A stretch of 64,000 nucleotides of DNA from Bacilli bacterium. GTDB taxonomy: Bacteria > Bacillota_I > Bacilli_A > RFN20 > CAG-826. The notes beneath the pieces were generated by a model that did no database searches, was not told the origin of the DNA, and worked only from the letters and a program-made list of their open reading frames with translations. Positions 37,974-48,721 of the stretch are shown here, in pieces. Both the position numbers and the translations under genes were made by a program. Position 1 is the first letter of the stretch; each line of letters begins with the position of its first letter. The DNA lies in the NCBI GenBank assembly GCA_024408235.1, contig JAKSVF010000001.1, forward strand, positions 29,417-93,416, written 5' to 3'.

Positions 37974-39104
37974 ATGAGCACCAAATTGGCAGCTATGATT
38001 CTCGCAGGCGGAAAGGGCACAAGATTGTTGGCTTTAACGAAGAAAGTCGCGAAGCCAGCTGTTTCTTATGGAGGAAAGTATCGCATTATCGACTTCCCAC
38101 TTTCAAACTGCGCAAACACAGGAATCACCTGTGTATCTGTTTTGACCCAATATGAGTCAAGCGAACTTAACACCTATGTCGGAAACGGTGAGAAGTGGGG
38201 ATTGAATGGAGTTAGATCAATCACCTCTGTTTTAACACCTAAACAGACAGACGAAGGCAGCAACTGGTATAGAGGCACCGCAGACGCTATCTATCAGAAC
38301 ATCGACTGGCTTGATGGAGTCAACCCTGAGTATGTTTTAATCCTTTCGGGTGACCACATCTATTCATGCACATATAACGGCATGCTTAAGAAACACATTG
38401 AGAATAAGGCGGACTGCACGATTGCAGTTTATGAGGTTCCATGGGCAGAAGCTCCACGTTTCGGAATCCTTGTAACAGACGACAAAGATAATATCGTCGA
38501 CTTCCAAGAGAAGCCAAAAAACCCAGTAAGCAACCTTGCTTCTATGGGTATCTATATCTTCACATACAAGACATTAAGAGCAGCTCTTTTAGCTGATGCA
38601 GCAGACCCAAATTCAGAACACGACTTCGGCAAGAACATCATCCCAACAATGATGGCACAGAAGAAAAAGATGGTTGCTTACACTTATTCAGGATACTGGA
38701 AAGATGTCGGTACAGTCTCTTCGTTGCATGAGGCAAATATGGACTTACTTTTATCCGGAGACCCAAACATCAACCTTTATAAGGTCCAGGGTGATAACAA
38801 GATTTATTCCGAAGACAATCACTCGCTTCCACAGTACATTGGACCTGATGCGATCGTTAAGGATTCGCTCGTTAACCAAGGCGCATCAATCTTAGGCAAC
38901 ATCGATCACTGTGTTGTTTCAAGCGATGCAACAGTTGAAGCGGGTGCGAGCTGCAAGAACTGCGTCATTATGAATGGCGCCGTCATTAAATCAGGCGTCA
39001 ACGCAGCGAATGCGATCATCGGCCAGAACACCCTTGTCGATGAAGATGTAAACGGCGAGCCAGGAAACATCGAACTTGTCGTTAATGGAAAGGCAGGTAA
39101 ATAA
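37974..39104 (+). CDS. glgC: glucose-1-phosphate adenylyltransferase
   Basis: Shows LAGGKGTRL, FGGKYRIIDF-like YGGKYRIIDFPLSN, WYRGTADA, LSGDHIY and FGI..VD. The C-terminal region resembles a left-handed beta-helix. Confidence 0.93.
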   Translation: MSTKLAAMILAGGKGTRLLALTKKVAKPAVSYGGKYRIIDFPLSNCANTGITCVSVLTQYESSELNTYVGNGEKWGLNGVRSITSVLTPKQTDEGSNWYRGTADAIYQNIDWLDGVNPEYVLILSGDHIYSCTYNGMLKKHIENKADCTIAVYEVPWAEAPRFGILVTDDKDNIVDFQEKPKNPVSNLASMGIYIFTYKTLRAALLADAADPNSEHDFGKNIIPTMMAQKKKMVAYTYSGYWKDVGTVSSLHEANMDLLLSGDPNINLYKVQGDNKIYSEDNHSLPQYIGPDAIVKDSLVNQGASILGNIDHCVVSSDATVEAGASCKNCVIMNGAVIKSGVNAANAIIGQNTLVDEDVNGEPGNIELVVNGKAGK

Positions 39105-39105
39105 C

Positions 39106-40224
39106 ATGAAAGGCGTATTAGGTATTCTCGATTGCCATAACTCATGCTCACTTGGCGAATTGACTATGGATCGTCCATTGGCATCCGTAAGCTTCCTCGG
39201 AAGATACGCGATTTGCGATTTTCCTCTTTCCAATTTCTGCAATTCAGGAATTGATAACGTCGGAATCTTAGTTAAAGAGCACCAGAGATCCATCTTGAAA
39301 CACCTTGGCAACTCCATGTCATGGGTCAATAACACAAAGATGGGCCACATCAACGTTTTCTACAATGAAAAAGGACAGGTTAACCCTTCATACAACACTG
39401 ACTTAGCTAACTTGAAGGAAAACGATTGGGTCATTATTACTTCAGGCTGTAAATACATCGTTATTCAGTCCGCAGACGTAATCACAAACACCGACCTCAC
39501 ACCATTCATCGAAGAACATATTGAAAGAGGTGAGAAGATCACCACTCTCTATCATGAAATCGATGATGCAGACAAACAGTGGTTTGGCGGTAACACATAC
39601 GAGATTGATAGCGATGGTTGCCTTATCTCAACAAAGCCAAACGATGGCTCTGAGAAAAAGGCAAAAGTCGCGCTCGGCACTTGGATCATTAATAGAGATG
39701 CGTTACAGACAATCTTTGATGAATCCGCAAAAGTATCAGCTTCATGGGGATTAAAGGAAATGATGGGATACCTTGCTGAGAATGGCATCTTCAACATCCA
39801 CTGCGTTAAGCACGAAGGATATGTTAGAAGAATGGATTCCCTCCAGCATTATGTCGACTACTCATTCGAACTTCTAAATAGAGATGTCGCAAAACAGCTC
39901 TTCGTTCCTGAAAGACCAATTTACACAACTACACACGATACGGCTCCAGCCCTCTATGGAGTTGATTCTAAAGTTGCTAACTCATTCGTTGCAAACGGAT
40001 GCGTTGTTGAAGGAGAAGTTGAGAATTCAATCATCTGCCGTGATGTTAAAGTCGGCAAAGGAGCAAAGGTCAGCAACTCCATCCTCTTATCCAACGTTTG
40101 GGTCTTAGACGGCGCTAACGTTGATAATGTCATCATCGATAAATATTCAACAGTCCTTGAGAAACACACCATCGCAGGAGACAAGGCTAACCTTATCTAC
40201 ATCAGACAAGGAGCCAAGATCTAA
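39106..40224 (+). CDS. glgD: glycogen biosynthesis protein GlgD (non-catalytic ADP-glucose pyrophosphorylase subunit)
   Basis: This is a GlgC paralog that lacks the GGxGxRL motif (it has GILDCHNS...LGELT). It retains FLGRYAICDFPLSN. Its position between glgC and glgA matches the Firmicutes arrangement. Confidence 0.8.
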   Translation: MKGVLGILDCHNSCSLGELTMDRPLASVSFLGRYAICDFPLSNFCNSGIDNVGILVKEHQRSILKHLGNSMSWVNNTKMGHINVFYNEKGQVNPSYNTDLANLKENDWVIITSGCKYIVIQSADVITNTDLTPFIEEHIERGEKITTLYHEIDDADKQWFGGNTYEIDSDGCLISTKPNDGSEKKAKVALGTWIINRDALQTIFDESAKVSASWGLKEMMGYLAENGIFNIHCVKHEGYVRRMDSLQHYVDYSFELLNRDVAKQLFVPERPIYTTTHDTAPALYGVDSKVANSFVANGCVVEGEVENSIICRDVKVGKGAKVSNSILLSNVWVLDGANVDNVIIDKYSTVLEKHTIAGDKANLIYIRQGAKI

Positions 40225-41663
40225 TGAAGATAGCTATGTTCTCATCCGAGGCCAACCCGCTCGCAAAGTCAGGTGGTCTCGCAGACGTTGCTTACTCTCT
40301 TTCAAAAGAACTTGTGAAAATGGGTCACGACGTAATCCTCGTGATGCCACTTTACAAGGCGATGTGGAAGAAAGAAAAGCAGTACAAGTACAAGAAAGTA
40401 GATGAATTTGAAGTTTCTCTCTCATGGAGAAAAAACACCGCAACAATCTACACAACAACAATTGACGGCATCAAATATTACCTCGTATCGAATGGTCCAT
40501 ATTTCGAGAGAGATAACCTTTATAGCTATCCAGATGACACTGAAAGATTTGCTTTCTATCAAATCGCTTCAGTCATGCTTTTGAATAGGCTTAAATACCA
40601 GGCAGACATCATTCATGTCCACGATCACCAGGCAAGCTTCATTCCTGTCCTCATCAAGGAAAAGGAAGGAGATAACCCGTTGTTCTCAAAGACAAAATTT
40701 GTCTTAACCATTCATAACCCAGCCTTCAGAGGTGAGTTTGACAAGTTCTATCTCGGCGACTTCTATGGTCTCCCAGATTCAATCTATGACAGCGGCGCTG
40801 TTAGATTCAACAACATGGTCTCAACCCTCAAGGCCGCTATGATTTATTGCGACAAGATCACAACCGTTTCTCCAACTCATAGAAACGAGCTTCTCGATCC
40901 AAATTCAGAATTCCATCTTAACGGTGTTCTTGACTGGAGATACGATGATTTTGTCGGAATCGTCAATGGCATCGATATTAAGGAATGGGATTCTAGAAAA
41001 GATCCTAAGATTGAATTCAATTACGGAATCACAAACCTTGAAGAAGGCAAACACGCAAACCAGGCTGCGCTTCTCAAATCCATGAATCTAAAATTCTACG
41101 GCGGACCAGTCTATGGACTTGTTTCGCGTTTATCATGGCAGAAGGGCATCGGCCTCGTCGTTGAGTCAATGAGAAAGGCTCTTAGACAAGGCGCTAACCT
41201 CGTTGTTCTAGGCTCTGGCGAATACGAGCTTGAACAGCAAATGGAGGAATTGAGGAGAGAATTCCCTGACACATGTGGCATTTACATCGGCTATTCAGAC
41301 GATCTTGCTCACAAGATTTATGCTGGCTGCGATTTCTTCCTCATGCCATCTCTCTTTGAACCTTGTGGAATCTCTCAGATGGTATCTCAGAGATATGGTA
41401 CATTACCTATCGTAAGATACACCGGAGGACTTGCCGACACCGTTGAAGGATATGTTGGGGACAACATAAATTCATCTAATGGAATCGGTTTCAATAACTA
41501 TGATGCAATGGGAATGGATTATGCTATTGGCATGAGTAGAGCACTTTATGCTGACCAGAAATCATTCTACAAGGTCGCAAGAAACGCTATGAGACTTGAC
41601 CGTTCATGGGCACAGTCTGCAAAGAACTACGAAGACTTATACATCGCAGCTCTTACAAAATAA
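40224..41663 (+). CDS. glgA: glycogen synthase (ADP-glucose type, GT5)
   Basis: Shows the N-terminal [15 protein letters not shown], plus [12 protein letters not shown] and [12 protein letters not shown]. Confidence 0.93.
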   Translation: MKIAMFSSEANPLAKSGGLADVAYSLSKELVKMGHDVILVMPLYKAMWKKEKQYKYKKVDEFEVSLSWRKNTATIYTTTIDGIKYYLVSNGPYFERDNLYSYPDDTERFAFYQIASVMLLNRLKYQADIIHVHDHQASFIPVLIKEKEGDNPLFSKTKFVLTIHNPAFRGEFDKFYLGDFYGLPDSIYDSGAVRFNNMVSTLKAAMIYCDKITTVSPTHRNELLDPNSEFHLNGVLDWRYDDFVGIVNGIDIKEWDSRKDPKIEFNYGITNLEEGKHANQAALLKSMNLKFYGGPVYGLVSRLSWQKGIGLVVESMRKALRQGANLVVLGSGEYELEQQMEELRREFPDTCGIYIGYSDDLAHKIYAGCDFFLMPSLFEPCGISQMVSQRYGTLPIVRYTGGLADTVEGYVGDNINSSNGIGFNNYDAMGMDYAIGMSRALYADQKSFYKVARNAMRLDRSWAQSAKNYEDLYIAALTK

Positions 41664-41694
41664 CCAACTCATCATTTATAAAAAGGAGTCTAAC

Positions 41695-44100
41695 ATGGCT
41701 TACGATCATCAGAAAATCGAGGCTAAGTGGAGAAAGTATTGGGAAGAAAACAATACCTTCTTCTGCGATACCCACGATTTTAGCAAACCAAAATATTATT
41801 CACTCGACATGTTCCCTTATCCATCAGGACAGGGATTGCATGTCGGACACCCTGAAGGCTATACCGCAAGCGATATTGTTTGCCGTATGAAGAGAATGCA
41901 GGGCTTCAACGTTCTTCACCCAATGGGATGGGACGCTTTCGGCTTACCTGCTGAACAGTTCGCTGTTGCAAACAACGAGCACCCAGAAGGGTTCACAAGA
42001 AAAAACATCGCACACTTCAAGGATCAGATTCAGTCACTCGGTATGTCAATCGACTGGACAAAGGAATTTGCCACGATCGATCAGGATTATTACAAGTGGA
42101 CCCAGTGGATCTTCGTTAAGTTATTCGAGCACGACTTAGCCTATGTTGCTAACGTACCGGTCAACTACTGTCCAGAACTCGGCACAGTCCTTGCTAACGA
42201 AGAAGTCATCGATGGCAAGTCAGAACGTGGTGGCTATCCAGTCATCCGTATGCCAATGAGACAGTGGATTCTTAAGATTACAGCATATGCTGATAAGCTT
42301 GAGAAAGACCTTGACTTACTTAACTGGCCAAAATCCACACTCGAGATGCAGAAGAACTGGATCGGAAGATCAACCGGTGTCGAAATCAAATTCGGCGTAG
42401 CTGGAACTGATAAGAGTTTCAGAGTATTCACAACACGTGTCGACACGCTCTTTGGATGCACGTACTGCGTCCTTGCCCCAGAACACCCACTCGTTAAGGA
42501 AATAGTCTCAGATGCTCAGAAAGAAGCAGTTGAGAACTATGTTGCTGAGGCTGCAAAGAAGTCAGATCTTGCTAGAACATCATTAGAGAAAGATAAGTCT
42601 GGTGTCTATTTAGGCGCAGACGCCGTTAACCCAATCAACGGTAAACGTATCCCTATCTATATCTCTGACTATGTTCTTGGCTCATATGGTACAGGCGCAG
42701 TCATGGCTGTTCCTACCCACGATGAACGCGACTTCGCATTCGCATCAAAATATGGACTCGAACTAATCCCTGTATTAGAAGGCTATACCGGAACCGAGGC
42801 ATTCGTTGAAGACGGACCTCACATCAATTCAGCATATGCCGATGGGTTAAACATCAAGGAAGCCAAGAAGGTTATCACAGAACACCTCGAGGCAATGGGC
42901 GCTGGAAAAGAAGTTGTTAACTATAAGTTAAGAGACTGGATTTTCTCACGTCAGAGATATTGGGGCGAGCCAATTCCTGTCGTCACAATGGAAGACGGCA
43001 AGGAAGTTGCCTTAAAAGAAAATGAATTACCTCTCGTTTTACCTGAACTCGATGAGTACAAGCCATCTAGAGATGGCAAGCCACCATTAACCAACGCTTC
43101 ACCAGATTGGTTGAACGTCACAATCGATGGCAAAAAGGGTACTAGAGAGACCAATACAATGCCACAGTGGGCAGGCTCTTGCTGGTATTACATGAGACAC
43201 CTCGATCCACATAACACTGAGGCTATCGCAGATCCAGCCCTCATCAAACACTGGTTGCCAGTCGACTTATATATCGGCGGTCAGGAACATGCTGTCTTAC
43301 ACTTGCTCTATGCAAGATTCTGGCACAAGTTCTTGTATGACATCGGCGTTGTTGATTGCAAGGAACCATTCACAAGACTATATCACCAGGGCATGATTCT
43401 TGGCGCAAACCACGAGAAGATGTCCAAGTCACGTGGAAATGTTGTTAACCCAGACGACATCGTTAGAGAGGTTGGCGCAGACTCATTGCGTATGTTCGAA
43501 ATGTTTGCCGGCCCATTATGTGATGCAAAACCATGGAACACCGATTCATTACAGGGTTCTAGACGTTTCATCGAAAGATGCTTCCGTTTGGTTAGCGAAG
43601 ATGAATTCAAGGCTAGAATCGTTGATACAAATTCAGGCGAACTCGACTACTCATATAACTTCTTGGTTAAGAAAGTTACAGGAGACTTTGAAGATTTATC
43701 GTTCAACACCGCAATCTCTCAGATGATGGTGTTCATCAACGATTGCTATAAGGCAAAAACACTCTATCGCCCTTACATTGAAGGCTTCGTCAAGATGTTC
43801 TCTTGCGTTGCCCCATTCGCAGGTGAGGAGATGTGGGAGAACTTAGGACACGAAAAGACCCTCGCTTATGAGCCATGGCCAACATTCGATGAATCTAAGC
43901 TCACACTCAACACGGTTAATGTTGCAGTATCCGTCAACGGAAAGGTCAGAGATGTCTTGTCCCTCTCTCCAGATGCAACTCAGGAAGAAGCAGAGAAAGC
44001 TGCATTCGCTTCAGAGAAACTAAAAGTCTGGTTAGATGGCAAAACAATCAAGAAAGTCATCTACGTTAAAGGAAGAATATTCAACATTGTCGTTGCTTAA
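41695..44100 (+). CDS. leuS: leucyl-tRNA synthetase
   Basis: Shows [16 protein letters not shown], the HIGH motif [10 protein letters not shown] and the KMSKS motif. The start at 41695 follows an AAAGGAG SD. The tracked ORF's upstream extension overlaps glgA. Confidence 0.96.
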   Translation: MAYDHQKIEAKWRKYWEENNTFFCDTHDFSKPKYYSLDMFPYPSGQGLHVGHPEGYTASDIVCRMKRMQGFNVLHPMGWDAFGLPAEQFAVANNEHPEGFTRKNIAHFKDQIQSLGMSIDWTKEFATIDQDYYKWTQWIFVKLFEHDLAYVANVPVNYCPELGTVLANEEVIDGKSERGGYPVIRMPMRQWILKITAYADKLEKDLDLLNWPKSTLEMQKNWIGRSTGVEIKFGVAGTDKSFRVFTTRVDTLFGCTYCVLAPEHPLVKEIVSDAQKEAVENYVAEAAKKSDLARTSLEKDKSGVYLGADAVNPINGKRIPIYISDYVLGSYGTGAVMAVPTHDERDFAFASKYGLELIPVLEGYTGTEAFVEDGPHINSAYADGLNIKEAKKVITEHLEAMGAGKEVVNYKLRDWIFSRQRYWGEPIPVVTMEDGKEVALKENELPLVLPELDEYKPSRDGKPPLTNASPDWLNVTIDGKKGTRETNTMPQWAGSCWYYMRHLDPHNTEAIADPALIKHWLPVDLYIGGQEHAVLHLLYARFWHKFLYDIGVVDCKEPFTRLYHQGMILGANHEKMSKSRGNVVNPDDIVREVGADSLRMFEMFAGPLCDAKPWNTDSLQGSRRFIERCFRLVSEDEFKARIVDTNSGELDYSYNFLVKKVTGDFEDLSFNTAISQMMVFINDCYKAKTLYRPYIEGFVKMFSCVAPFAGEEMWENLGHEKTLAYEPWPTFDESKLTLNTVNVAVSVNGKVRDVLSLSPDATQEEAEKAAFASEKLKVWLDGKTIKKVIYVKGRIFNIVVA

Positions 44101-44108
44101 AAAACATG

Positions 44109-44135
44109 AAGGCGCTTACATGAGCGCCTTTTTCT
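44109..44135 (+). terminator. rho-independent terminator after leuS
   Basis: The stem AAGGCGCT/AGCGCCTT (8 bp) has the loop TACATG and is followed by TTTTCTTTC. Confidence 0.85.
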
Positions 44136-44231
44136 TTCATTCAAAAAAAAGAAGTAAATTTTGCTAAAAAATAGTGTCATTTAAAATCCTTATATATATA
44201 ATGCGACGTGTTAAAAAAGGAGAAATTTTCT

Positions 44232-45587
44232 ATGAACAATGCTTACGTCAACAAAGTGTTTGAAGAATTCAAATCCAAGAACCCTGGAGAAAAGGAATAC
44301 ACACAGGCCTGCCAGGAAATTCTTGAGTCTCTCGAACTTATGGTCGAGAAGAATCCTGCCATTGAGAAAAACCAGTTATTAGAAAGATTCCTTGAACCTG
44401 AACGCTTAGTTCAGTTCAGAGTTGCTTGGCTCGATGACAACAATGTGGTCCGTGTTAACAGAGGTTGGAGAATCCAGTATAACTCCGCTCTCGGCCCTTA
44501 TAAAGGCGGCATCAGACTTCACCCATCAGTCAACGTTTCAATCCTTAAATTCTTAGCTCTTGAACAGTGCTTGAAGAACTCGCTCACCACACTCCCAATG
44601 GGCGGTGCTAAAGGTGGCTCTGACTTCGATCCAAAAGGCAAGTCAGATATGGAAATCATGAGATTCTGCCAGGCATTCATGACAGAGCTTTATAGACACA
44701 TCGGACCAGACACCGACGTCCCAGCGGGCGATATCGGAACAGGTGGTAGAGAAATCGGCTACATGTTTGGCCAGTACAAGAGACTTCAGAACGAATTCAC
44801 AGGCGTATTAACAGGTAAGGGCCTCACATTCGGTGGATCTCTTGCAAGAACTGAAGCTACAGGTTACGGCTTATGCTATTTCACAGCTAAGGCTATGGAA
44901 ACAGTCTTCGGTGACTCTTTCAAGGGAAAGACAGTTGCAGTTTCAGGCTCAGGTAACGTTGCAATCTATGCTACAGAGAAGGCTCAGGCACTCGGTGCTA
45001 AAGTCGTCACATTATCAGACTCAAACGGCTGGATCTATGCACCAGACGGAATTGATGTCGCTGTCCTCAAGCAGATTAAGGAAGTCGAAAGAGGAAGAAT
45101 CAAGGATTACGCTGCACGCGTTCCAGGCGTCACATATGTCGAGAAGGTCGCAGGCGCTCCAACTCTTTGGACAACAAAGGTTGACATCGCTCTTCCATGC
45201 GCAACTCAGAATGAACTTAACATCGATGATGCTAAGGCATTAGTCGCAAACGGCTGTAAGGTTGTCTGCGAAGGCGCTAACATGCCATGTACATTAGAGG
45301 CTGCTCACTTCTTAATCGATAATGGCGTTCTCTATGGACCAGGCAAGGCTGCAAATGCAGGCGGTGTCGCTACCTCAGGCTTAGAGATGTCACAGAACTC
45401 AATGAGACTCAGCTGGACATTCGAAGAAGTCGATGCAAGACTCAAAGGCATCATGGAAGCTATCTACGAAAACATCAATGCCACACAGAAGAAATATGGC
45501 ATTGCTGCTAACGACTGCTTAACAGGTGCAAACATCGCTGGATTCGATAAGATTGCAACAGCAATGATCGCTCAGGGTGTCTTATAA
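44232..45587 (+). CDS. gdhA: NADP-type glutamate dehydrogenase
   Basis: Shows GPYKGGIRLHP, LPMGGAKGGSDFDPKG and GSGNVA. The ATG at 44232 follows an AAAGGAGAA SD. Confidence 0.94.
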   Translation: MNNAYVNKVFEEFKSKNPGEKEYTQACQEILESLELMVEKNPAIEKNQLLERFLEPERLVQFRVAWLDDNNVVRVNRGWRIQYNSALGPYKGGIRLHPSVNVSILKFLALEQCLKNSLTTLPMGGAKGGSDFDPKGKSDMEIMRFCQAFMTELYRHIGPDTDVPAGDIGTGGREIGYMFGQYKRLQNEFTGVLTGKGLTFGGSLARTEATGYGLCYFTAKAMETVFGDSFKGKTVAVSGSGNVAIYATEKAQALGAKVVTLSDSNGWIYAPDGIDVAVLKQIKEVERGRIKDYAARVPGVTYVEKVAGAPTLWTTKVDIALPCATQNELNIDDAKALVANGCKVVCEGANMPCTLEAAHFLIDNGVLYGPGKAANAGGVATSGLEMSQNSMRLSWTFEEVDARLKGIMEAIYENINATQKKYGIAANDCLTGANIAGFDKIATAMIAQGVL

Positions 45588-45604
45588 TCCTCAATTTAAG
45601 ATTT

Positions 45605-45634
45605 AAAGGTGTCGAAAGACGCCTTTTTCTTTTG
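45605..45634 (+). terminator. rho-independent terminator after gdhA
   Basis: The stem AAAGGTGTC/GACGCCTTT has the loop GAAA and is followed by TTTCTTTT. Confidence 0.8.
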
Positions 45635-45710
45635 TCATCATAATCAAAATGATTATACTTTACTTGCCCGATACTCAACAAAGGTTGAGATTGGAGCGGA
45701 GGTAGACCAT

Positions 45711-46472
45711 ATGCTATTAGCCATTGATATTGGCAACACCATGACAAATTTTGGTGTGTTTGAGGGCGAAACGTTGATCGCTACTCATAAGTTTGAGACA
45801 TCATCTGTAACCTCTGCAGACGATGCTTCAGTAAAAGGAGCGGGCTTCAAGCTTCTCCATAAAGAGGTAGGGAACATTGATGGAGTCATAATCTCCTCGG
45901 TCGTTCCAAGCAAGACTGCATTTTATATGCAGATGAGCAAAGACCTATGGGGTGTTAGGGCACTAACCGTCGGACCTGGCCTTAAAACCGGGCTAAAACT
46001 CAAGTGTGATTACCCAAACGAAGTCGGTGCTGATTTGATTGCCGACTGTGTAGGTGCATCTTCGAAATATGGGAACTCATGTCTCATCGTAGATTTGGGA
46101 ACCGCTAATAAATATATCTTCCTTGATAAAGACGGATCCTTTGCCGGTGTTTCAATCGCGCCTGGTGTCCGTATCTCGATTAATGCTCTGGTGAGTGGGG
46201 CAGCTGCTCTTCCTGAGATCAATCTCAAAGCTCCAAAGCGTGTCATAGGAACTAATACATTAGATTCAATGAATTCAGGCATTATCTATGGTACATGCTA
46301 TGAGATTGAGGGTTTTGCCAAGGCTTTTGAAAAAGAGGCTGGCTACCCGTTAAAGAGAATAATCACAGGTGGAAATTCAAGATACTTAACAGGATTGCTT
46401 GAAGGCTTCATTTTCGATGAAAATCTCACTCTCGAGGGTCTTGCTTCAATGTATTACAGAAGAGGCAAATAA
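45711..46472 (+). CDS. coaX: type III pantothenate kinase
   Basis: Shows MLLAIDIGNT, VDLGTA and the family length (~254 aa). The start follows GGAGCGGAGG. Confidence 0.88.
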   Translation: MLLAIDIGNTMTNFGVFEGETLIATHKFETSSVTSADDASVKGAGFKLLHKEVGNIDGVIISSVVPSKTAFYMQMSKDLWGVRALTVGPGLKTGLKLKCDYPNEVGADLIADCVGASSKYGNSCLIVDLGTANKYIFLDKDGSFAGVSIAPGVRISINALVSGAAALPEINLKAPKRVIGTNTLDSMNSGIIYGTCYEIEGFAKAFEKEAGYPLKRIITGGNSRYLTGLLEGFIFDENLTLEGLASMYYRRGK

Positions 46473-46555
46473 AAGAACAACACATCATTTAGAAAAGCAT
46501 ATCAACGTACTACTTCATTTTTTAAACATTGAGCATTAGCTCATTTGGAGAAAAC

Positions 46556-47131
46556 ATGAAAACTAAAATAACTACAAGACAGATTGCTGGAGTCGCTATC
46601 ATGACCGCTCTAGTAGCTGCATTATGGGCAATAAGCACATTCGTGCCTTTAAAGCCTTTCTCAATTAACCTCGCATTGCTTCCTATCGTAATTGGAGCGT
46701 GCTTATACGGACCTTGGTGGGGTTTATTCCTCGGCGCAGTTGATGGATTCCTAATCATTCTAGATCCAGCAACAGGCGGATTCTTAGGCGCAAATGCGGT
46801 TGCAACTGTGTTCCTTTGCTTATTAAAGACCGGATTAGGCGGACTCGCATCAGGATTCTTATTCCAACTCATCCACAAGAAGAATGACCTCGTTGCCGCA
46901 ATCGTTGCTTCTTTAATTCTTCCAATTGTTAACACAGGATTGTTCATGCTTGGCTCATTCATTTTCTTCCAGGATTTCCTTACTAGCCTTGGATTAACTG
47001 TTGTTGGAATCTCATTAACAGTCAACTTTGCAGTTGAATTCGCTGTCGCCGCCGTTATGTCACCGGTTGTTTATAAGCTAATTAAATTTGCAGTTAAAAA
47101 CCGTGATATAGGCTCTGTGTACCACGAATAA
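46556..47131 (+). CDS. ECF-transporter substrate-binding (S) component, substrate unknown (pantothenate candidate)
   Basis: A membrane protein of about 191 aa with 5-6 TM segments. The N-terminus is typical of the family (T+QIAGVAIMTALVAAL). It lies directly downstream of coaX. A GGAGA SD precedes the start. Confidence 0.6.
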   Translation: MKTKITTRQIAGVAIMTALVAALWAISTFVPLKPFSINLALLPIVIGACLYGPWWGLFLGAVDGFLIILDPATGGFLGANAVATVFLCLLKTGLGGLASGFLFQLIHKKNDLVAAIVASLILPIVNTGLFMLGSFIFFQDFLTSLGLTVVGISLTVNFAVEFAVAAVMSPVVYKLIKFAVKNRDIGSVYHE

Positions 47132-47139
47132 TGATTCAA

Positions 47140-47170
47140 AACCGGCATATTGAGTTATGCTGGTTTTTTC
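47140..47170 (+). terminator. rho-independent terminator after the ECF S-component gene
   Basis: The stem AACCGGCATA/TATGCTGGTT (10 bp with one G-U) has the loop TTGAGT and is followed by TTTTTC. Confidence 0.8.
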
Positions 47171-47347
47171 TTTGTACTTTAATCTTCTTAAAGAGAATAT
47201 TAAACTATCACTTAGTGTCGTGACTTTATGTCAATTGACATAACCGATAATCATCTTCAAAAGCGGTATTAATAAACGGTTATGGAAGACACTAAAGCTT
47301 CATCGGTAGGTGTTATTTGGAAGATGAAATGAAGCGTAGGAGACTAT

Positions 47348-48721
47348 ATGGCAAATTTTAAGAAACTCGCGAAAGGCTATGAGAATAAAGCCGTCGCAAC
47401 ACTCAAACAGTTCATCAAAATCAATTCAGTTTATGATGCAACAACTTCAAAAGAAGGACAGCCTTACGGATGGGGAGTCAAGAAGGCTCTTGATTTCGTT
47501 GGCAAAATCGGAAAAGACTTCGGCTGGAAAGTCAACACGGTCAATGGCTATTGCACTGAGTTAACAATCGGAGAAGAAGGACCGCTCATCGGAATCTATG
47601 GCCACTCTGATGTTGTTCCAGCAACAGGTTCATGGACAACAGGCCCATTCAACCCTGATGAAAGAGATGGCGTCATCTATGGTAGAGGCGCCGCAGATGA
47701 TAAAGGCCCACTCGTTGCCGCAATCTATGCTACAAAATTACTTCAGGATGCTGGATTACTCAAAGGCTTTAGAGTCAAAATCGTTTCAGGTGGAGATGAG
47801 GAAAGAGGATCGTCCTGCCTCGATTATTATTTCAAGAAATTCAAAGGCGAGCATGCTAAATACGCATTCACACCAGATGCAGATTACCCATTAATCTACG
47901 CTGAAAAAGGAATGAGATCATATGTACTCACAAAGACATTAGATCTCGGTCCTATCACCGCTATGGACGGCGGAGTTGTTACCAATGCAGTCTGCGACTC
48001 CCTCTTAGTCACTTTGAAGACAAACAAGAAATTCGAAGAATACTTAAAGACTAATAACGTCCCATGCGACATCTCATCCAACGAGTTTATCACAGTTGTT
48101 AGATTCAAAGGAAAGTCAGCTCACGGCTCAACTCCAGAGAAAGGCATCAACGCTGCCGGCATCGCATTTAAGGCGATCGGCGAATTCTTCAAGATCAAAG
48201 ATTTACTCGACCTCGTTCCAGTCATCAATTCCGGAGACGGATCCTACTGGGGCGGAAACGTCACGTCAAAAGAACTTGGAGCGTGCTCATATAACTACGG
48301 CATCTTCAAGTACGAGAAGAGAACAAAACTCCTATCAATGACTCTTGACTTCAGATTTGGCGAAGACGCTAAGAGAGATGACCTTGTTGCTGCGTTAGTC
48401 GCAAAGACAGGACTCAAAGCAACTCCTTTAGGAGAAGGCCACGCTCACCTCTTATTCGATAAGAAATCACCGTTGGTCTCTACGCTTATGAAGGCTTATA
48501 AGAAAGAGACATTTGACTTATTTGCTAAGCCACTCGCAATCGGCGGTGGAACATATGCTAAGGAAGCTCCAAATTGCGTTGCATTCGGCGCTGTCTTCCC
48601 AGCAAATAGAGAAGCTCAAGGCAACATGCATGGCGTTGACGAATTCATCAGCCGCAAGGATTTCATGAAGGACATCGCAATCTACGCTCGTGCTATTTAC
48701 ATGTTAGGTAATTTAAAGTAA
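47348..48721 (+). CDS. pepV: M20-family dipeptidase (PepV/Sapep-like)
   Basis: Shows GHSDVVPA, GRGAADDKGP and GGDEERGS, with the C-terminal block GGGTYA. A TAGGAGA SD precedes the start. Confidence 0.8.
   Translation: MANFKKLAKGYENKAVATLKQFIKINSVYDATTSKEGQPYGWGVKKALDFVGKIGKDFGWKVNTVNGYCTELTIGEEGPLIGIYGHSDVVPATGSWTTGPFNPDERDGVIYGRGAADDKGPLVAAIYATKLLQDAGLLKGFRVKIVSGGDEERGSSCLDYYFKKFKGEHAKYAFTPDADYPLIYAEKGMRSYVLTKTLDLGPITAMDGGVVTNAVCDSLLVTLKTNKKFEEYLKTNNVPCDISSNEFITVVRFKGKSAHGSTPEKGINAAGIAFKAIGEFFKIKDLLDLVPVINSGDGSYWGGNVTSKELGACSYNYGIFKYEKRTKLLSMTLDFRFGEDAKRDDLVAALVAKTGLKATPLGEGHAHLLFDKKSPLVSTLMKAYKKETFDLFAKPLAIGGGTYAKEAPNCVAFGAVFPANREAQGNMHGVDEFISRKDFMKDIAIYARAIYMLGNLK

Noticed and set aside
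41596-41694. N-terminal extension of the leuS ORF ([10 protein letters not shown]...)
   Set aside because: It lies inside glgA in another frame. The canonical LeuS N-terminus [12 protein letters not shown] starts at 41695 behind a strong SD.
41664-41694. Looked for a T-box leader upstream of leuS, and for riboswitches upstream of the TRIC/UPF0126 gene, the ECF S-component gene and gdhA
   Set aside because: The gaps are too short (31 nt, 1 nt) or lack the conserved T-box, glycine or vitamin riboswitch cores. Nothing could be supported.
46522-47025. 167-aa ORF on the minus strand
   Set aside because: It is entirely antisense to the ECF S-component gene. It has low-complexity, Pro/Asn-rich composition typical of the mirror frame of a hydrophobic gene, and no SD.
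47282-47332. 16-codon mini-ORF (MEDTKASSVGVIWKMK) in the pepV leader as a possible leader peptide
   Set aside because: It has no SD and no run of regulatory codons, and it is easily explained by chance in a 177-nt AT-rich region. It is kept only as a footnote to the leader-structure finding.
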